A stretch of DNA of 64,000 bases from Eledone cirrhosa (Eukaryota): positions 50,592,001-50,656,000 of the forward strand of contig OZ024741.1 of assembly GCA_964016885.1 (NCBI GenBank), in the 5' to 3' direction. The notes under the pieces are model-generated. The model saw only the letters and a list, made by a program, of their open reading frames with translations. It made no database searches and was not told the DNA's origin. Position 1 is the stretch's first letter. Each line of letters opens with the position of its first letter. Shown piece by piece: positions 62,408 to 64,000 of this stretch. A program made the position numbers and the translations under genes.

Positions 62408-64000
62408 ATGGCTGTCTTAAGAGTGGGTTGTCTAAATGCGCGTGGCCTGGGCTCACCTTGGAAGCAAGCTAAACTTCTAAGTGACCTCAGGTCACAATGT
62501 GTAAATGTGATGGTTATTTGCGAGGCCCGGATCAGCAGCATGCGACAGCTAACCCCCACCTTTGATGACTTTGAGATGCACGCATCTCTCTGTCAGCCTG
62601 GAGGTGGGGGTGGGGTTGTCGTTCTGCTGCAAAAACATCTGGGTCTCGCTACACAGACGGTACACTTGGACCCGGAGGGTCGACTCGTGGTTCTGGACCT
62701 TGGCAATGGCGAAGGCGAAGCTTTTAGGCTTGTCGCCGTATACGCCCCTTTTGGGACAATGCGGTCGGACTTCTTCCATCGTCTGGAGACTTTTCTAGGG
62801 ACGTCCCGCTCCTTGCTTTTAGTGGGGGACTGGAATGGTATCCTAGATGCACGTTGGGACTATGTAGGGGCATGTCCCGATAGAGGGGGGTGTAACAGCC
62901 TTAAGGGGTTAATCGGCCGATTCGACCTGGCCGATAGATACCGACTAGATTTTCCGACTGTACCAACCTGGACCTGGTCAAATAACAGTGGTCAATCTAG
63001 ATCGTACCTAGATAGGTTCTTAGTTAGAATTAAGGATAGGGACTTTTTAAGTTGTCCAGAAATGCTCATGGTGGGCTATTCAGACCACAAGTTAGTGACC
63101 TGCGTAGTCCACCTTGATAGAACGCATAGGCAGGGGCCCGGTTACTGGAAGCTCAACTTGTCCTTACCGGCAAGTAGAGCTTACAGGGACCGGATTAGAA
63201 CCTTAGTTAAGGTGCAGTTGACGGGCGCCATCGTCAACAACAGGTGGTGGGGCTCTCTAAAAAGAGAGATTAGAGTAGTTTCAATAGGAGTTAGTAAGGA
63301 GTTAGCCTCAGATAGAAATAGGAAGGAAAGGGAGTTGGTAGTTAATGTTGAAGAGGCAATGAGAAGCGGCAACGTGGCCAGAGTGCAAGCGTCGAGAACG
63401 GTCTTGAACCAGTTCTTCGACGCGAAACACGAAGGCTGCGTTGTCCGAAGCAAAATACGTGCTCTGGGAAACGAGGGGACCAAAGCTGTTAGCTGGGCCC
63501 GCGTGACAGAAGCGAAAAGTGGGATTAGATCCACTATCCGGTCTTTGCGAGACCAGGATGGACGGCTGATCCTTGAACCTAAGCAAATGTGCGAGGCCTT
63601 TCAAAGGCACTTTGCCCAATTGTTCGGGAGGGGCGGGGAGCCGGTTGGAGATGTGGATTTCGGTCCATACCTCGACGGCCTGCCGCGTCTTTCGGACAGG
63701 GAGGCGAGGTCCTGCGACGGGCCGATCTCAGCTGCTGAAATAGGGGACGTGCTGAGCCTATGCGGCAAACGCAAATCTCCAGGACTCGATGGTCTGCCCT
63801 ACGAACTATATATTAATATGCCGGACTTGTTCCCCGATCTCCTCGAGGCGGTCTACTGCAACTGGCAACAGAACGGGAGAATTCCCTGTTCTGTGACCAA
63901 GGGCGTAGTCTCGCTAGTGAGGAAGGACGAGAACAAGGGGGATGACATTAGTAATTTTAGGCCCATAACTCTGCTAAATGCAGAGTTAAAGATTTTGGCG
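62408..64000 (+). CDS. Tx1 ORF2 (AP endonuclease plus start of reverse transcriptase), 3'-incomplete
   Basis: MAVLRVGCLNARGL...VYAP...GDWN...YLDRFLV...SDHK...GPGYWKLN...KSPGLDGLPYE...NFRPITLLNAELKILA. 531 codons to the window edge; missing from the ORF track because it has no stop in the window. Confidence 0.95.
   Translation, partial: MAVLRVGCLNARGLGSPWKQAKLLSDLRSQCVNVMVICEARISSMRQLTPTFDDFEMHASLCQPGGGGGVVVLLQKHLGLATQTVHLDPEGRLVVLDLGNGEGEAFRLVAVYAPFGTMRSDFFHRLETFLGTSRSLLLVGDWNGILDARWDYVGACPDRGGCNSLKGLIGRFDLADRYRLDFPTVPTWTWSNNSGQSRSYLDRFLVRIKDRDFLSCPEMLMVGYSDHKLVTCVVHLDRTHRQGPGYWKLNLSLPASRAYRDRIRTLVKVQLTGAIVNNRWWGSLKREIRVVSIGVSKELASDRNRKERELVVNVEEAMRSGNVARVQASRTVLNQFFDAKHEGCVVRSKIRALGNEGTKAVSWARVTEAKSGIRSTIRSLRDQDGRLILEPKQMCEAFQRHFAQLFGRGGEPVGDVDFGPYLDGLPRLSDREARSCDGPISAAEIGDVLSLCGKRKSPGLDGLPYELYINMPDLFPDLLEAVYCNWQQNGRIPCSVTKGVVSLVRKDENKGDDISNFRPITLLNAELKILA

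Larger units (their letters stand above)
60441..64000 (+). mobile_element. Young, apparently intact Tx1-clade non-LTR retrotransposon (runs off window)
   Basis: 174-bp 5' UTR, open ORF1, 23-bp spacer, open ORF2. Starts directly after the (TCTG)n tract. Confidence 0.92.

Overview
Eukaryotic, AT-rich, microsatellite- and transposon-dense DNA. The SINE/LINE repertoire suggests a cephalopod (octopus-like) genome; this is inference. One host gene is well supported: an 8-exon HSP90 co-chaperone p23/PTGES3 gene on the + strand (CDS 9489-26952, 156 aa, all introns GT-AG and in phase). The rest is mostly mobile DNA: RTE/L2 LINE relics, tRNA-derived SINEs, hAT, Tc1-mariner, pogo and piggyBac MITEs, a dead piggyBac in p23 intron 7, Helitron pieces, large satellites, and a young, apparently intact Tx1-clade LINE plus a 5'-truncated Tx1 copy, both in one (TCTG/TCTA)n tract. 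The most striking signal is invisible in the ORF track. At least 7 recognisable hammerhead-ribozyme (HHR) motifs from about 5-6 sequence families, plus several degenerate ones, sit in short Penelope-like (PLE) modules. Their 3' tails abut (TA)n tracts, and they pile up in two composite fold-back clusters (36961-37685 and 48548-50130). A decayed coding PLE with its own HHR lies at about 1715-3512. Most long ORFs in the track are repeat artefacts. Structures were folded by eye only, and repeat boundaries without a TSD are approximate.
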